NCBI GenBank assembly: GCA_963702475.1
Contig: CAVPCT010000005.1
Span: 384,001-448,000, forward strand
From: an uncultured Thermoleophilia bacterium
GTDB taxonomy: Bacteria; Actinomycetota; Thermoleophilia; UBA2241
Direction of reading: 5' to 3'
Length of the DNA stretch: 64,000 nt
The position numbers were made by a program, and so were the translations under genes. Shown one piece after another: positions 42,792-52,992 of this stretch (its first letter is position 1; each line of letters opens with the position of its first letter). The notes below the pieces were generated by a model. The model had not been told where the DNA came from. It saw nothing but the letters and a program-made list of their open reading frames with translations, and did no database searches.

Positions 42792-44472
42792 CGTCGCGTT
42801 CCTCCGGCGCTTCTTCCGTCGTCAGGACCAGCAGCAAGAGTATCACGGCCGCCGCCAGGACCACGTTCAGGAGCAGCGACGAGAGCTCGGCCGGGTAACC
42901 CCAGATCGCGATGGGCACGATACGGTACGCGCAGAACACCGCGGCGAAGGCCAGCGCCCAGACCCAGAGACGGACCTCGAGGCGGCGGCGCGACAGGGCG
43001 TAGCCGACCGCCGCCGCCAGGCCCGCCCACACCAGCATCTGCAGGAGGCAGGCCGGCGCGACCGCGAACGAGACGAGGTGCGCCGCCGCGCTGAACGGAT
43101 CGCCGGCCGCGGCCGCCTCCGCCCCCACCTTCCAGCGCGGCTGGTACAGCGTGAAGGGGCCGCGCGGGGCGCGCAGCAGCAGGAGGTAGATCAGCGTGCC
43201 GGCGCCGGCCCAGGCGGCGGCCAGCGGGCCGCGGACGCGGCCCAGCAGAGCCGCCCCCGCCGGCGCCAGCAGCGCGAGGTGGAACGGCACCAGCACCAGG
43301 GCGAGCGTGGGCCACAGCGCCACGATCGGCCTGCTGCGGGTGAGCACGAAGAGGAACACGGCGAAGACCAGGTAGGCCGCGCCGAGCGCAAGTGACACGT
43401 TGAGCACCGGGAACGCGAGCGCGCCCAGAAGGAACGCCAGGCCCGCCTGCGGCACGACCGCCCAGCAGGCGGTGGCGACGGCGACGATGGGCAGGGTCCA
43501 GCTCACCGGGTACGCCGGCAGCGTGCCGAGGACGACCGTGCTGGTGACCGCAGCGAGGGCCGCTCCGCCCGCGCGCTCGGCCAGCACGCTCGTGCGCGCC
43601 AGCGGCTTGAGCAGACGCTGCAGGCCGCCGAGCGGCCGCGTCTGCAGCCGCCCGCTGCCGAGCAGCTCGTCGAGCGCCTCGGCGAGATCGACGGCGGCCG
43701 GGCGGTCGCCCGCGCGCGCGGCGCAGGCCCGGTCGACGAGGTCGATCATGGGCGTGGGCAGGTCGGGGCGGAGCTCACGAAGGGACGGGAGCCGCCCCGC
43801 GGCGACGTTGGAGAGCGTCTCGGCCGGGGTCTGCCCGCGCAGCGGGTGCCCCCCGGCGAGGAGCTCGTAGAGCACCATGCCCGCCGAGTACACGTCACTC
43901 GGTGGCCCCACGCGGCGTCCCGACGCCTGCTCGGGTGACATGTACGCGACGGTGCCGATGACGTCGCCGTCGTGCGTGAGCGTGTCCGCGTCCATGAGAC
44001 GGGCGATGCCGAAGTCCATGACCTTGACGTGGCCTTCGTTGCTGAGCATCACGTTCTGCGGTTTGACGTCACGGTGGATGATGCCCTGGCTGTGGGCGAA
44101 CGCCAGGGCGTTGAGCAGCTCCGCGCCGACGGCCGCCACGTCGCCGTCGCTCAGGCGGCCCTGCACCTTGTCCAGCGACTCGCCCTCGACCAGCTCCCAC
44201 ACCAGCACCTCGCGCGAGCCGTCGCCGAACCAGTCGTACAGGGCGACGATGTTGGGATGGGTGAGGGCGGCGGCGGCCTCGACCTCACGCACGATACGCC
44301 CGGACATGCCGCGTCCCTCGCCGACGACCTTGAGCGCTACCGGGCGCTCCAGGACGGTGTCCCAGGCCGCGTACACCTCGGCGAACCCGCCGCTGCCGAT
44401 CCTGCGCAGGTCCTGGTAGCGCTCACGCCAGTCGGCGTACAGGGGTGTCGTGCTGTGAGCGGCGGAGGGCAT
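42769..44472 (-). CDS. Ser/Thr protein kinase with multi-TM C-terminal domain
   Basis: GSGGFAEV, HRDVKPQN, DFG, SPE; long hydrophobic C-terminal half. Confidence 0.88.
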   Translation of the reverse strand: MPSAAHSTTPLYADWRERYQDLRRIGSGGFAEVYAAWDTVLERPVALKVVGEGRGMSGRIVREVEAAAALTHPNIVALYDWFGDGSREVLVWELVEGESLDKVQGRLSDGDVAAVGAELLNALAFAHSQGIIHRDVKPQNVMLSNEGHVKVMDFGIARLMDADTLTHDGDVIGTVAYMSPEQASGRRVGPPSDVYSAGMVLYELLAGGHPLRGQTPAETLSNVAAGRLPSLRELRPDLPTPMIDLVDRACAARAGDRPAAVDLAEALDELLGSGRLQTRPLGGLQRLLKPLARTSVLAERAGGAALAAVTSTVVLGTLPAYPVSWTLPIVAVATACWAVVPQAGLAFLLGALAFPVLNVSLALGAAYLVFAVFLFVLTRSRPIVALWPTLALVLVPFHLALLAPAGAALLGRVRGPLAAAWAGAGTLIYLLLLRAPRGPFTLYQPRWKVGAEAAAAGDPFSAAAHLVSFAVAPACLLQMLVWAGLAAAVGYALSRRRLEVRLWVWALAFAAVFCAYRIVPIAIWGYPAELSSLLLNVVLAAAVILLLLVLTTEEAPEERDDGHLQEG

Positions 44473-44540
44473 GGGGGCGGGCTGGGTCCTTCCTTTTGGA
44501 CCCTATTCGGTATGGTACAATCCGAACCCTGTTACGCGCT

Positions 44541-44627
44541 GGGCGAGTGGCGGAATTGGCAGACGCGCTAGGTTCAGGGTCTAGTGCACTTACGTGCGTG
44601 CGGGTTCAAGTCCCGCCTCGCCCACCA
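44541..44627 (+). tRNA. tRNA-Leu(CAG)
   Basis: GGGCGAG acceptor, anticodon loop TTCAGGG, long variable arm, GGTTCAAGTCC, CCA. Confidence 0.96.
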
Positions 44628-44657
44628 GCTTCTTCCTGATGACGGGGGTTCCGCCGC

Positions 44658-45752
44658 GTGGATTTCTTCGACGACGACGCCGCCAGCGAGTCGACGAAGC
44701 GGGAGTCATCCCCCACCCGGACCCAACCCCGCCGGCGCCGCTCCAACCCCGCCCGCACGCGCACCCAGCGCATCGTCATCCTCGCCGTCGTCCTGTTCCT
44801 CGTCGTGTTCGGGCTCGCGCTGTGGATACGCGCCTGCCAGCACGACCGCAAGGTCGCCTCCTACCGCGACTACTTCGAGGGCGTCTCCACCGCGATCGCC
44901 GACTCCGTGACCATCGGCAAGCAGCTGGACCAGCTGGTGGAGAACCCCACGCGATACTCGCGCAAGGAGCTCGTTGCCAAGCTGGAGGAGCTCACCGCCA
45001 AGCAGGATGAGATCGCCGTGCGCGCCGCGCGCCTCTTGGCCCCCGACACGCTCGCCGCCGAGCAGACCTCGTTCGCCGAAGGCATGCGCGTGCGCGCCGA
45101 CGGGTTCGAGCAGTTCACGACGGCCATGCTGGGCAGCCTCGAGAACAAGAAGGTCACGGCCGGACAGCTCGCCGCTCTGGAGGCCTACTTCAGCGGGCCC
45201 GACGCGTACTACATGAGCCGCTTCTACCTGCCGGCGCGCAACGTCATGAACGAGCAGGGCGTCACCGACGTCGCAGTCCCCACCGCCACCTGGTACCTCA
45301 AGTCGCGCACCTTCGAGCTCGAGCGTCTGCAGCAGATGCTCAGCAGCGTGGGCAGCTCCACCAAGCTCTCCGGCATCCACGGTGTGGCCCTCGTGAACGT
45401 GGTCGCGCTCCCCGGCGACGTGGCGCTCATCAGCAACGGTGTGACCACCGTCTCGGCGAGCGCCGACCTCGGGTTCGAGGTGACGGTGCAGAACCAGGGC
45501 GACGTCACCGAGAACGACGTGCCCGTCACCGTCACCATCAAGCCCCCGGAGGGCGACGAGATCTCCCAGACGGGCACCATCGCGACCCTGCCGGCCGGCA
45601 AGAGCCAGAAGGTCACCGTGCAGGGCTTCGCCATCCCGCCCGAAGCCCTGAGCAAGCAGTCCACGGTCAAGGTCACCGCCGGGCCGGTGAAGGGCGAGCG
45701 CGTCAAGACCAACAACACGGCCCAGTACAAGATCCTCCTGCAGCTGCAGTAG
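44658..45752 (+). CDS. Membrane-anchored protein with C-terminal Ig-like (CARDB-like) domain
   Basis: Single TM; VTVQNQG...NN pattern; coding-like codon usage. Confidence 0.6.
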   Translation: MDFFDDDAASESTKRESSPTRTQPRRRRSNPARTRTQRIVILAVVLFLVVFGLALWIRACQHDRKVASYRDYFEGVSTAIADSVTIGKQLDQLVENPTRYSRKELVAKLEELTAKQDEIAVRAARLLAPDTLAAEQTSFAEGMRVRADGFEQFTTAMLGSLENKKVTAGQLAALEAYFSGPDAYYMSRFYLPARNVMNEQGVTDVAVPTATWYLKSRTFELERLQQMLSSVGSSTKLSGIHGVALVNVVALPGDVALISNGVTTVSASADLGFEVTVQNQGDVTENDVPVTVTIKPPEGDEISQTGTIATLPAGKSQKVTVQGFAIPPEALSKQSTVKVTAGPVKGERVKTNNTAQYKILLQLQ

Positions 45753-45755
45753 CGG

Positions 45756-46553
45756 GTGCAGGTCCTCACCGACATCGCCCCCTACGTCGCCGTGAGCGCC
45801 GCCGCGCTGGCGGTCGTCCTGCTCGTGCTCGTCGTCGTGCTGTGGGTTGGCCTGCGCAGGCTGCGGCGCGCGCAGGTGGTGGTATTGGGCCGCCACGAAC
45901 AGCGCGACATCATCGCCGAGGTCGTGAGCCTCGACTCGCAGGTGCGCAACCTGCGCGAGGCGGTGGAGATCCTCACCGACCAGCTCGACGAGCACAAGGC
46001 GCAGCTCGACCGGGCGCTCACCAACCGCGCCATCGTGCGCTACGACGCGTTCCGCGACGCCGGCGGCGAGCAGAGCGCCTCGTTCGCCCTGCTCGACAGC
46101 TACCGCTCGGGTGTGGTGTTCAGCGCCATCGCCGCGCGCGACTTCGCGCGCCTCTACGTGAAGCACCTCGACCACGGCGCCTCCGACAGGGACCTCTCGC
46201 CGGAGGAGGTCGAGGCCGTTGCCGCGGCCGTGCCGCGGCCGCTGGCGCGCGGCGAGGTGGGGGCGCGCGCTCTGCGCGCGCCCGGCATCGCCGCGCCTCG
46301 CCCGCCACTGGCGGCCGACGAAGCGGCGGCCGACGCCGTGAACCCGGACCAGGAGGTCCTGCCGCTCGAGCCGCCGGTGCAGGCCGCGTCGCCGTCGCCA
46401 CAGGCCGACCCCGACGCCGCCCGCCGCGCCTTCGATGCGCTGGCGGACCTGGACGGCGAGGCCGACGAGTTCACCTGGGAGACCCGCGTGCCGTCGCGCA
46501 CGCCGCCGGCCGACCACGGCCCGGTCCCGCCAAACGGGCCGGCGGCCGGCTGA
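45756..46553 (+). CDS. DUF4446-family protein
   Basis: VRYDAF..GGEQSASFALLD...G, R..ARLYVK, LSPEE. Confidence 0.8.
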   Translation: MQVLTDIAPYVAVSAAALAVVLLVLVVVLWVGLRRLRRAQVVVLGRHEQRDIIAEVVSLDSQVRNLREAVEILTDQLDEHKAQLDRALTNRAIVRYDAFRDAGGEQSASFALLDSYRSGVVFSAIAARDFARLYVKHLDHGASDRDLSPEEVEAVAAAVPRPLARGEVGARALRAPGIAAPRPPLAADEAAADAVNPDQEVLPLEPPVQAASPSPQADPDAARRAFDALADLDGEADEFTWETRVPSRTPPADHGPVPPNGPAAG

Positions 46554-46641
46554 CCGCACTCCCCCCGCCGCGCCCGCGAGACACCCTGAGGGTCTGATAA
46601 CCTACGCCGGCAGCGGAGACCTGAGTGGCGAGGAGGACGGC

Positions 46642-47484
46642 GTGGCGCAGCACACGGGACGAGTGGCTTTTCTCGGACCCGAAGGCACGTTCACCGAGGA
46701 GGCCCTGCTCGCCAACCCGCCCGAGCCCGCGCTCGCCCCGTTCCCCTACCCCACCATCGAGGACGTGATGCGCGCGGTGGCCGGGGGCGAGGCCGACCTC
46801 GGGCTGGTCCCCATCGAGAACTCCCTCGAGGGCTCCGTGACGCGCACTCTCGACCGCCTGGCGTTCGGCGACGACGAGGTCTCGGTGGTACGGGAGGTCA
46901 CGCACCCCATCCATCACCAGCTCATCGCGCGCCGCGAGATCGGGCTCAACGAGGTCACCAAAGTCGTGAGCATCCCCATCGCCTACGGGCAGTGCCGCGC
47001 GTTCATGCGGGCGAACCTGCCCGGCGTGGAGCACGAGGCCACCGACTCCACGGCCGAGGCCGTGCGCCGCGTGAGCCGCGTGGAGCGTCCCTGGGTGGCC
47101 GTCGGCACGCGGCTCTCCGCCGACCTGTACGAGTGCGTGGTGCTGCGCGACGACATCGAGGACTCCGGCGACAACCGCACCCGTTTCGTCTTCCTCGCAC
47201 GTGAGCCGGCCGCGCAGGACCTGGCCGGCCCGTACAAGACCAGCATCGTCTGCGGCATCGGCCACGACCAGCCCGGCGCCCTGCTGCTCATCCTCAGTGA
47301 GTTCGCGCACCGGTACGTGAACCTGACCAAGATCGAGTCGCGGCCGTCGCGCCAGGGCCTGGGCGACTACATCTTCTTCATCGACGTCGAGGGACAGGAG
47401 GGCGACCCGCCTATCGCGCAGGCGCTCGCGTGCCTGCGCTGCAAGCTGCCCTGGGTCAAGGTGCTGGGGTCGTTCCCCGCCTGA
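46642..47484 (+). CDS. pheA: Prephenate dehydratase
   Basis: FLGPEGTF, PIENSLEG, NRTRF, NLTKIESRP; GAGGAGG SD. Confidence 0.94.
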   Translation: MAQHTGRVAFLGPEGTFTEEALLANPPEPALAPFPYPTIEDVMRAVAGGEADLGLVPIENSLEGSVTRTLDRLAFGDDEVSVVREVTHPIHHQLIARREIGLNEVTKVVSIPIAYGQCRAFMRANLPGVEHEATDSTAEAVRRVSRVERPWVAVGTRLSADLYECVVLRDDIEDSGDNRTRFVFLAREPAAQDLAGPYKTSIVCGIGHDQPGALLLILSEFAHRYVNLTKIESRPSRQGLGDYIFFIDVEGQEGDPPIAQALACLRCKLPWVKVLGSFPA

Positions 47485-47499
47485 GCGGTACGGGGGTTC

Positions 47500-48726
47500 G
47501 TGATGGACGACAGACTGAAGCACGATGCGCCCGGCACGACGGACGCTGCGGCAGCCGACGGGCTGGTCGTCACACCGGCGGGCACGGAGCTTGCGGAGGC
47601 AGCGGAGGGCCAGCTCGAGCAGCAGGAAGAGCCGCCGGACGCCCCGCCCCTCACGGCGCCGAGTGGGGCCGGCTACTTCGTCCGCCGGGTGCACGCGGCC
47701 AGCGAGTTCGAGCTCTTCTTCGTCTCCGCCGTCGGCACCATCCTCATCGTGCGCGCGGCGCTCGCCCTCACCGGCTGGCCGCAGCTCGGAGGCGGCAAGA
47801 TCCACTTCGCGCACCTGCTCTGGGGCGGCCTCGGGATGCTCATCGGCATCGTCCTCTTCATGGCCTTCCAGGGCCGCATGTGGCGGTTCTTCGCCACGCT
47901 CGCCTGCGGCATCGGCTTCGGCCTCTTCATCGACGAGCTGGGCAAGTTCATCACGTCGGACAACGACTACTTCTTCCAGCCGGTGATCGCCATCATCTAC
48001 CTCATCTTCGTGGCCCTGTTCTTCCTGTTCCACTGGCTGGGGACGGTGAGGAACCTCACGCAACAGGTGGCGCTGGTCAACGCGTTCGACTACGCCAAGG
48101 AGGCGGTGCTGCGCGACATGGACGCCGGCGAGCGCGACGAGGCGCTGTACCTGCTCAGCCGCTCAGACCAGCGGGACCCCATCGTGATCTCGCTCACCAG
48201 CAGTCTGCGCGCGTACACGGACCTCGCCAAGCCCCTGCCGTCGCCGATCACCAAGGCCAGGGCCTGGCTCTCCCTCCTGTCCACGAGGCTCCTGCGCAGC
48301 CGCGTCTTCAAGGCGATCATGGTCGGCTGGTTCCTGGTCATCGCTCTCGCGAACCTGATCGCCTTCATCCCGAGCCTGCTGGTCAGCCAGACGCTCACGT
48401 TCGCCAACCTCGGCCTCGCCCTGAGCGGCGCCCTCAGCGGGGCCCTCGTGGTGATCGGCGTGATCAGGTGGCGCCGCTCCCGCCTCAGTGCCTACCGCTG
48501 GTTCGAGCGCGGCGTGCTGGTGGCCATCTTCATCGGCGCCTTCTTCAGTTTCTACCAGAACCAGCTGAGCGCCCTCTGGACCCTCCTGGTCCTCCTCCTC
48601 ACCTGGGCCACCATCCGCTATATCATCGGGGAGGAGCTGAAGCGGCTGGCCGGAGAGCGCGTGGCCACCCCGACGTCAGGAGGTGACGGTGGAACGCCTC
48701 AAGTGCACCCTGAGGACGGTCACTGA
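47500..48726 (+). CDS. Uncharacterised polytopic membrane protein
   Basis: Multiple TMs; HFAHLLWGG and GLFIDELGKFITSDNDYF. Confidence 0.7.
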   Translation: MMDDRLKHDAPGTTDAAAADGLVVTPAGTELAEAAEGQLEQQEEPPDAPPLTAPSGAGYFVRRVHAASEFELFFVSAVGTILIVRAALALTGWPQLGGGKIHFAHLLWGGLGMLIGIVLFMAFQGRMWRFFATLACGIGFGLFIDELGKFITSDNDYFFQPVIAIIYLIFVALFFLFHWLGTVRNLTQQVALVNAFDYAKEAVLRDMDAGERDEALYLLSRSDQRDPIVISLTSSLRAYTDLAKPLPSPITKARAWLSLLSTRLLRSRVFKAIMVGWFLVIALANLIAFIPSLLVSQTLTFANLGLALSGALSGALVVIGVIRWRRSRLSAYRWFERGVLVAIFIGAFFSFYQNQLSALWTLLVLLLTWATIRYIIGEELKRLAGERVATPTSGGDGGTPQVHPEDGH

Positions 48727-49150
48727 CGACGACCGCAGCATGGTGGCGCTGATCGCCGAGGAGACCCTGCACCCGCTCGCGGCGGGGGCCGGACACCCGG
48801 AGCGGTACCATCTGGACGAGCTCATGGACCTGCTGGACCGCGCCGAGGTCGTCGTCGCGGAGAGCGACGGCGAGGTCGCCGGCTTCATGGCCGTCGTGGC
48901 GCGGGACGACGAGCTTCACGTGGCCTGCGTCTGCGTCGGTCCCGCCTTCGAGGCTCGCGGCGTGGCCAACCAGCTGCTCGATTGGGCGGAAGGCATGGGT
49001 ATCGACCAGGGGCGCACGAAGCTCACGGCCTACGTGCCGGCGGGCGACCACCCGTCCCGGCACCTCTACGAGGGCCACGCCTTCGTCGCGACCGCCGCCG
49101 GTGGCGAGATGGTAGCGCTGGAGAAGCGCCTGCCGCACGTGGAGGCCTGA
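48683..49150 (+). CDS. GNAT acetyltransferase
   Basis: V.P..EARGVA acetyl-CoA motif, LYEGHAF. Confidence 0.75.
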   Translation: MTVERLKCTLRTVTDDDRSMVALIAEETLHPLAAGAGHPERYHLDELMDLLDRAEVVVAESDGEVAGFMAVVARDDELHVACVCVGPAFEARGVANQLLDWAEGMGIDQGRTKLTAYVPAGDHPSRHLYEGHAFVATAAGGEMVALEKRLPHVEA

Positions 49151-49154
49151 GCCC

Positions 49155-50078
49155 GTGCGCATCACGCTGGTCGCCGTACCATACGACCTCGGCCGCGAGG
49201 GAGTCGGCAGCGGGCACGGGCCCGGCGCCTACCTTGCCGAGGGGGTCACCGAGGCGCTCGCGGACCGTGGTCACGACGTCGAGGTCGTGACCGCGCAGCG
49301 CAGCGCGGCGTTCCACGATGAGCTGCAGGCCGTCCTCGGGGTGGATGCGGCCGTCGCCGGGATGGTCGCGGAGGCGGCCCGCGACGGCAGGTTGCCGATG
49401 GTGCTGGCCGGCAACTGCAACGTCACGCTGGGCGTACGGGCCGGCCTGCTGGCCGCGGCCGGGCCGGCCCCCCTTGAGCTCGCCACCATCTGGCTCGACG
49501 CCCACGGAGACTTCAACACGCCGGACACCAGCGAGACCGGGTACCTGGACGGCATGCCGCTGGCCATGCTCACGGGTCGTGCCTACCCCGAGACGTGGGC
49601 ACGGCTCGGCGGCGCACCGGCCGACGAGCGGCTGGTGTTGCACGGCGGCGGCCGCGACCTCGACCCCTCGGAGGCCGACGCCCTCGCCGTGTCGGAGATC
49701 CTGGTGGTGAGCGGCGCGGAGATCGGCTACCGCGGCCTCGGCGAGGCGCTCGCTCCGGCGCTGGACGAGCTGGTCAGGCGCGCAGGCGGAGCCGGCCTCG
49801 ATGCGCGCCGCCCACCGGCCATGCTGCACGTCGACATCGACGTCGTCGACCCCGCGCTGGCGCCGGCGGTGCAGTTCCCCTCGCCCGGGGGCCTGACGGT
49901 GGCGGAACTGCTGGCCGCCGTGGAGATGACGGGCGGCCGCTTCGACCTGAGAGCCGTGTCGATGACGTCGTTCGACCCCGAGGCCGGCGACCGTTTCAAG
50001 ACCTTCCGTGCCGGCCTGGCGGTGCTCACCACGGCGGCAAGCGTGGCGGCGCTGTCGGCGAGGGACTCGGTGCGCTAG
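49155..50078 (+). CDS. Arginase/ureohydrolase family protein
   Basis: DAHGDFNTP, HVDIDVVDP; GGDH replaced by AGNC. Confidence 0.85.
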   Translation: MRITLVAVPYDLGREGVGSGHGPGAYLAEGVTEALADRGHDVEVVTAQRSAAFHDELQAVLGVDAAVAGMVAEAARDGRLPMVLAGNCNVTLGVRAGLLAAAGPAPLELATIWLDAHGDFNTPDTSETGYLDGMPLAMLTGRAYPETWARLGGAPADERLVLHGGGRDLDPSEADALAVSEILVVSGAEIGYRGLGEALAPALDELVRRAGGAGLDARRPPAMLHVDIDVVDPALAPAVQFPSPGGLTVAELLAAVEMTGGRFDLRAVSMTSFDPEAGDRFKTFRAGLAVLTTAASVAALSARDSVR

Positions 50079-50132
50079 GAGCCAGCGCGCGGGCGGACCC
50101 GCCTCGCGGCTCCGCGAAGCGCCGGCCGAGGC

Positions 50133-51386
50133 TCAGTTGTAGAGGTAGACCGTCTCCCCCACCCACGACTGGTCGTACATCCACTGCGCGACCCACATGG
50201 GTTCGCGCACGCAGCCGTGACTGGCCGGGTACGGCGGCACCGGCGAGTACCCGTGCATCGCGAAGTCTTTGTAGAAGCCCATGGAGCGGAACAGCAGGCT
50301 GTCGTAGTTGGACGGCGCCCACAGGCTCTTGATGAAGATGTGGAAGGTGCCGCTCGGCGTGTTGCCCGTCGCGCCGGACGAGATCGCGATGATGCCGTAG
50401 GGCGCGCCGTTCTTCACGACCATGGCGATCTGCCTGCCCTTGTCCACCTCGAGGTGCGTGGACGGACTCGCGTACCTCGCCTTGATGACGTTGGCGGTCT
50501 CCAGCTTCTTCCAGTCGTCGGCGTCGAAGACGTAGGTGCGCGAGAGCCCGTACGCCTTCTGGAACGCGACGACGGCGTCGGCGACCTGGCTGGTGAACGT
50601 TGAGCCGAGGTTCGGCACGCGGAACCTGAGGCGCGACAGTGCCGTGAGCATCGCCGTGACCTGTGGCCCCTTCGAGCCGGTCGAGAGCCGCGCACCCTTG
50701 ACCTGCACGGTGGTCTGAGCCATGCGCGCGGCGATGCCGTCGGTGGCGGGCAACGACAGCTGCACGGGGAACGCCCCGAGACCGCGCAGCGGCAGGGTGA
50801 ACCGGGCCGTGCCGTTGCGCGTGGCGGCCCTGAGCCGGGCCACGGTCGTCCCGTCGTGCTTGACCACGGCAGTGATCGTGCCGGTGTACGACGACGGCAC
50901 GACCTTGACGGTGAGCGCGACGTCGGCGAACGGGACGGGCTTGCCCGCCGAGACGCTCACGCGCGGCTTGACCACCACGCGCGTGGACGCGCTCTTGGCG
51001 CCGTCCGGCAGGTGGGCGACCAGCTCGCCGCTGCGACCGGGCTTGAAGGCGAACGCGTAAGCGCCGCCGGCGTCGGTGACGGCGGTGCCGACGACGGCGC
51101 CGCCGAGCGTGATGACGACCGACTGGCCGGGGGTCGCCGGTTGCACGGCGCCCGACACCGCGACCTCCTGGCCGTAGGTGATCGCCTCCGGCGTCGCCGC
51201 CAGCGTTACTGTGAGCGGCACAGGCGTCGTCGTGGAGGACGCCGAGGGGGTGGGAGTGGGCTCCGGCGTCGGCGACGCGACCGCGGGAGCCCCCGGGGCG
51301 AACACGGCGCACAGCAGGAGCGTGAGGAAGACCGCGAGGGCCACGGCGCGACGTGGAACGGCGTGCTGGGTCGGGCGGTGCGTCAT
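50133..51386 (-). CDS. Secreted L,D-transpeptidase with peptidoglycan-binding domain
   Basis: Signal peptide, Ig-like region, AVVAFQKAYGL, HG...ASHGCVR. Confidence 0.88.
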   Translation of the reverse strand: MTHRPTQHAVPRRAVALAVFLTLLLCAVFAPGAPAVASPTPEPTPTPSASSTTTPVPLTVTLAATPEAITYGQEVAVSGAVQPATPGQSVVITLGGAVVGTAVTDAGGAYAFAFKPGRSGELVAHLPDGAKSASTRVVVKPRVSVSAGKPVPFADVALTVKVVPSSYTGTITAVVKHDGTTVARLRAATRNGTARFTLPLRGLGAFPVQLSLPATDGIAARMAQTTVQVKGARLSTGSKGPQVTAMLTALSRLRFRVPNLGSTFTSQVADAVVAFQKAYGLSRTYVFDADDWKKLETANVIKARYASPSTHLEVDKGRQIAMVVKNGAPYGIIAISSGATGNTPSGTFHIFIKSLWAPSNYDSLLFRSMGFYKDFAMHGYSPVPPYPASHGCVREPMWVAQWMYDQSWVGETVYLYN

Positions 51387-51593
51387 CTGCGAGCTCCTGG
51401 TCTGTGACTGCGAACGTAGATCCTCGTTCGACGAGGGTAGCACGCCGCCCTTCGGGCGGTCGACCGGGACATCCGTCCACCCCCTGAACCTGTCTGACCG
51501 GCCCTCCGAGCCCGCCGCGCGCCCCCCGCGGCGGCCGCGTCTGCCCCGGTGCGGTACGATGAGGCACGCCCAACACGACTGCGAGGAGTCACG

Positions 51594-52856
51594 ATGCTCG
51601 ACGTGAAGATGGTGCGCTCGAACCCGGACGAGGTGCGGACAGCCCTGCAACGCAAGGGCGCCGCGTCGGCCTCGTCGCTGGACGAGTTCCTCACGCTCGA
51701 GGAAGAGCGCCGCCGGCTCCTCACCGACGTCGAGTCCATGCGCGCCGCGCGCAAGCGCGCCAGCGACGGCATCGCCGCCGTCAGAAAGGCCGGCGGCGAT
51801 GCCGCTGAGGCTATCAGCGAGATGCGCGCGCTCGGCGACACCATCAAGGAGCGCGAGGTGTCGCTGGCCACCGTCGAGGAGCGGCTCAAGACCATGCTCC
51901 TCGAGATCCCCAACATCCCGCTGCCGGGCGTGCCGGACGGCGGTGAGGAGGACTCCGTCGTGCTGCGCGAGGTCGGCGAGCTCCCGCGGTTCGACTTCGA
52001 GGTCAAAGACCACCTCGACATCGGCACGGCGCTGGACATCATCGACATGGAGCGCGCCGCCAAGGTGAGCGGCTCGCGCTTCGTGTACCTCAAGGGCGAC
52101 CTCGTGATGCTGCAGTTCGCCCTGGTGCGCTACGGCCTCGACGTCATCCAGGGCAAGGGCTTCCGCCCCGTGATCCCGCCGGTGCTGGTGCGCGAGGAGG
52201 CCATGTACGGCACCGGCTTCTTCCCCACCGACCGCGCACAGGTGTACGAGACCGTGGACGGCGACTGCCTGGTCGGGACCAGCGAGGTCCCGCTGGCGGC
52301 GATGCACATGGAGGAGTTCCTCGAGCAGGAGCGCCTGCCGCTGCGCTACGCCGGCTACTCGAGCTGCTTCCGCCGCGAGGCCGGCGCCGCCGGGCGCGAC
52401 ACCCGCGGCATCCTGCGCGTGCACCAGTTCGACAAGGTCGAGATGTTCAGCTTCTGCCTGCCGGAGCAGAGCGAGGGCGAGCACAAGCTCATCCTCTCGG
52501 CGGAGGAGGAGATCCTGCAGGGCCTCGGCATCCCATACCGCGTGGTGGACATCGCCGCCGGCGACCTCGGCGCCCCGGCGGCCCAGAAGTTCGACTGCGA
52601 GGCGTGGATGCCCGGCCAGTCGCAGTACCGCGAGGTCACGAGCTGCTCCAACTGCACCGACTACCAGGCGCGGCGCCTGAACTGCCGCTACCGCACCGAC
52701 AAGGGACCGCGCTTCGTCCACACCCTGAACGGCACCGGCATCGCCGTCGGGCGCACGCTGATCGCCATCATGGAGAACCACCAGCGCGCCGACGGCAGCT
52801 TCGAAGTGCCGGAGGTCCTGCGGCCGTACATGGGCAAGGACGTGATCGGGGGCTGA
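51594..52856 (+). CDS. serS: Seryl-tRNA synthetase
   Basis: GTSE, CFRREAG, HQFDKVE, SCSNCTDYQARR, HTLNGTG. Confidence 0.98.
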   Translation: MLDVKMVRSNPDEVRTALQRKGAASASSLDEFLTLEEERRRLLTDVESMRAARKRASDGIAAVRKAGGDAAEAISEMRALGDTIKEREVSLATVEERLKTMLLEIPNIPLPGVPDGGEEDSVVLREVGELPRFDFEVKDHLDIGTALDIIDMERAAKVSGSRFVYLKGDLVMLQFALVRYGLDVIQGKGFRPVIPPVLVREEAMYGTGFFPTDRAQVYETVDGDCLVGTSEVPLAAMHMEEFLEQERLPLRYAGYSSCFRREAGAAGRDTRGILRVHQFDKVEMFSFCLPEQSEGEHKLILSAEEEILQGLGIPYRVVDIAAGDLGAPAAQKFDCEAWMPGQSQYREVTSCSNCTDYQARRLNCRYRTDKGPRFVHTLNGTGIAVGRTLIAIMENHQRADGSFEVPEVLRPYMGKDVIGG

Positions 52857-52911
52857 ACCAGCGGCGGGCGGCTGCGGCCGCGCGCCTACGCCCGGGCCGC
52901 CTCCTCGGACC

Positions 52912-52992
52912 TCAGTCGCCGGCGATCTCGTCCAGCGCGCCTGCGAAGGCCTCGAGGCGCGCAGCGGCGGTACGGAGATCGCCGGGACTCAC
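52912..52992 (-). pseudogene. Probable internally deleted HEPN-type toxin remnant (26 aa)
   Basis: GTG overlaps the MNT stop (GTGA); VSPGDLRTAAARLEAFAGALDEIAGD resembles a toxin C-terminal helix. Confidence 0.4.

Noticed and set aside
51390-51593. c-di-AMP riboswitch for the L,D-transpeptidase or T-box for serS
   Set aside because: No conserved motifs of either; the serS leader appears too short.
51387-52781. 882-aa ORF as a giant L,D-transpeptidase
   Set aside because: The N-terminal half is antisense to serS; an SD and signal peptide support a start at 51386.
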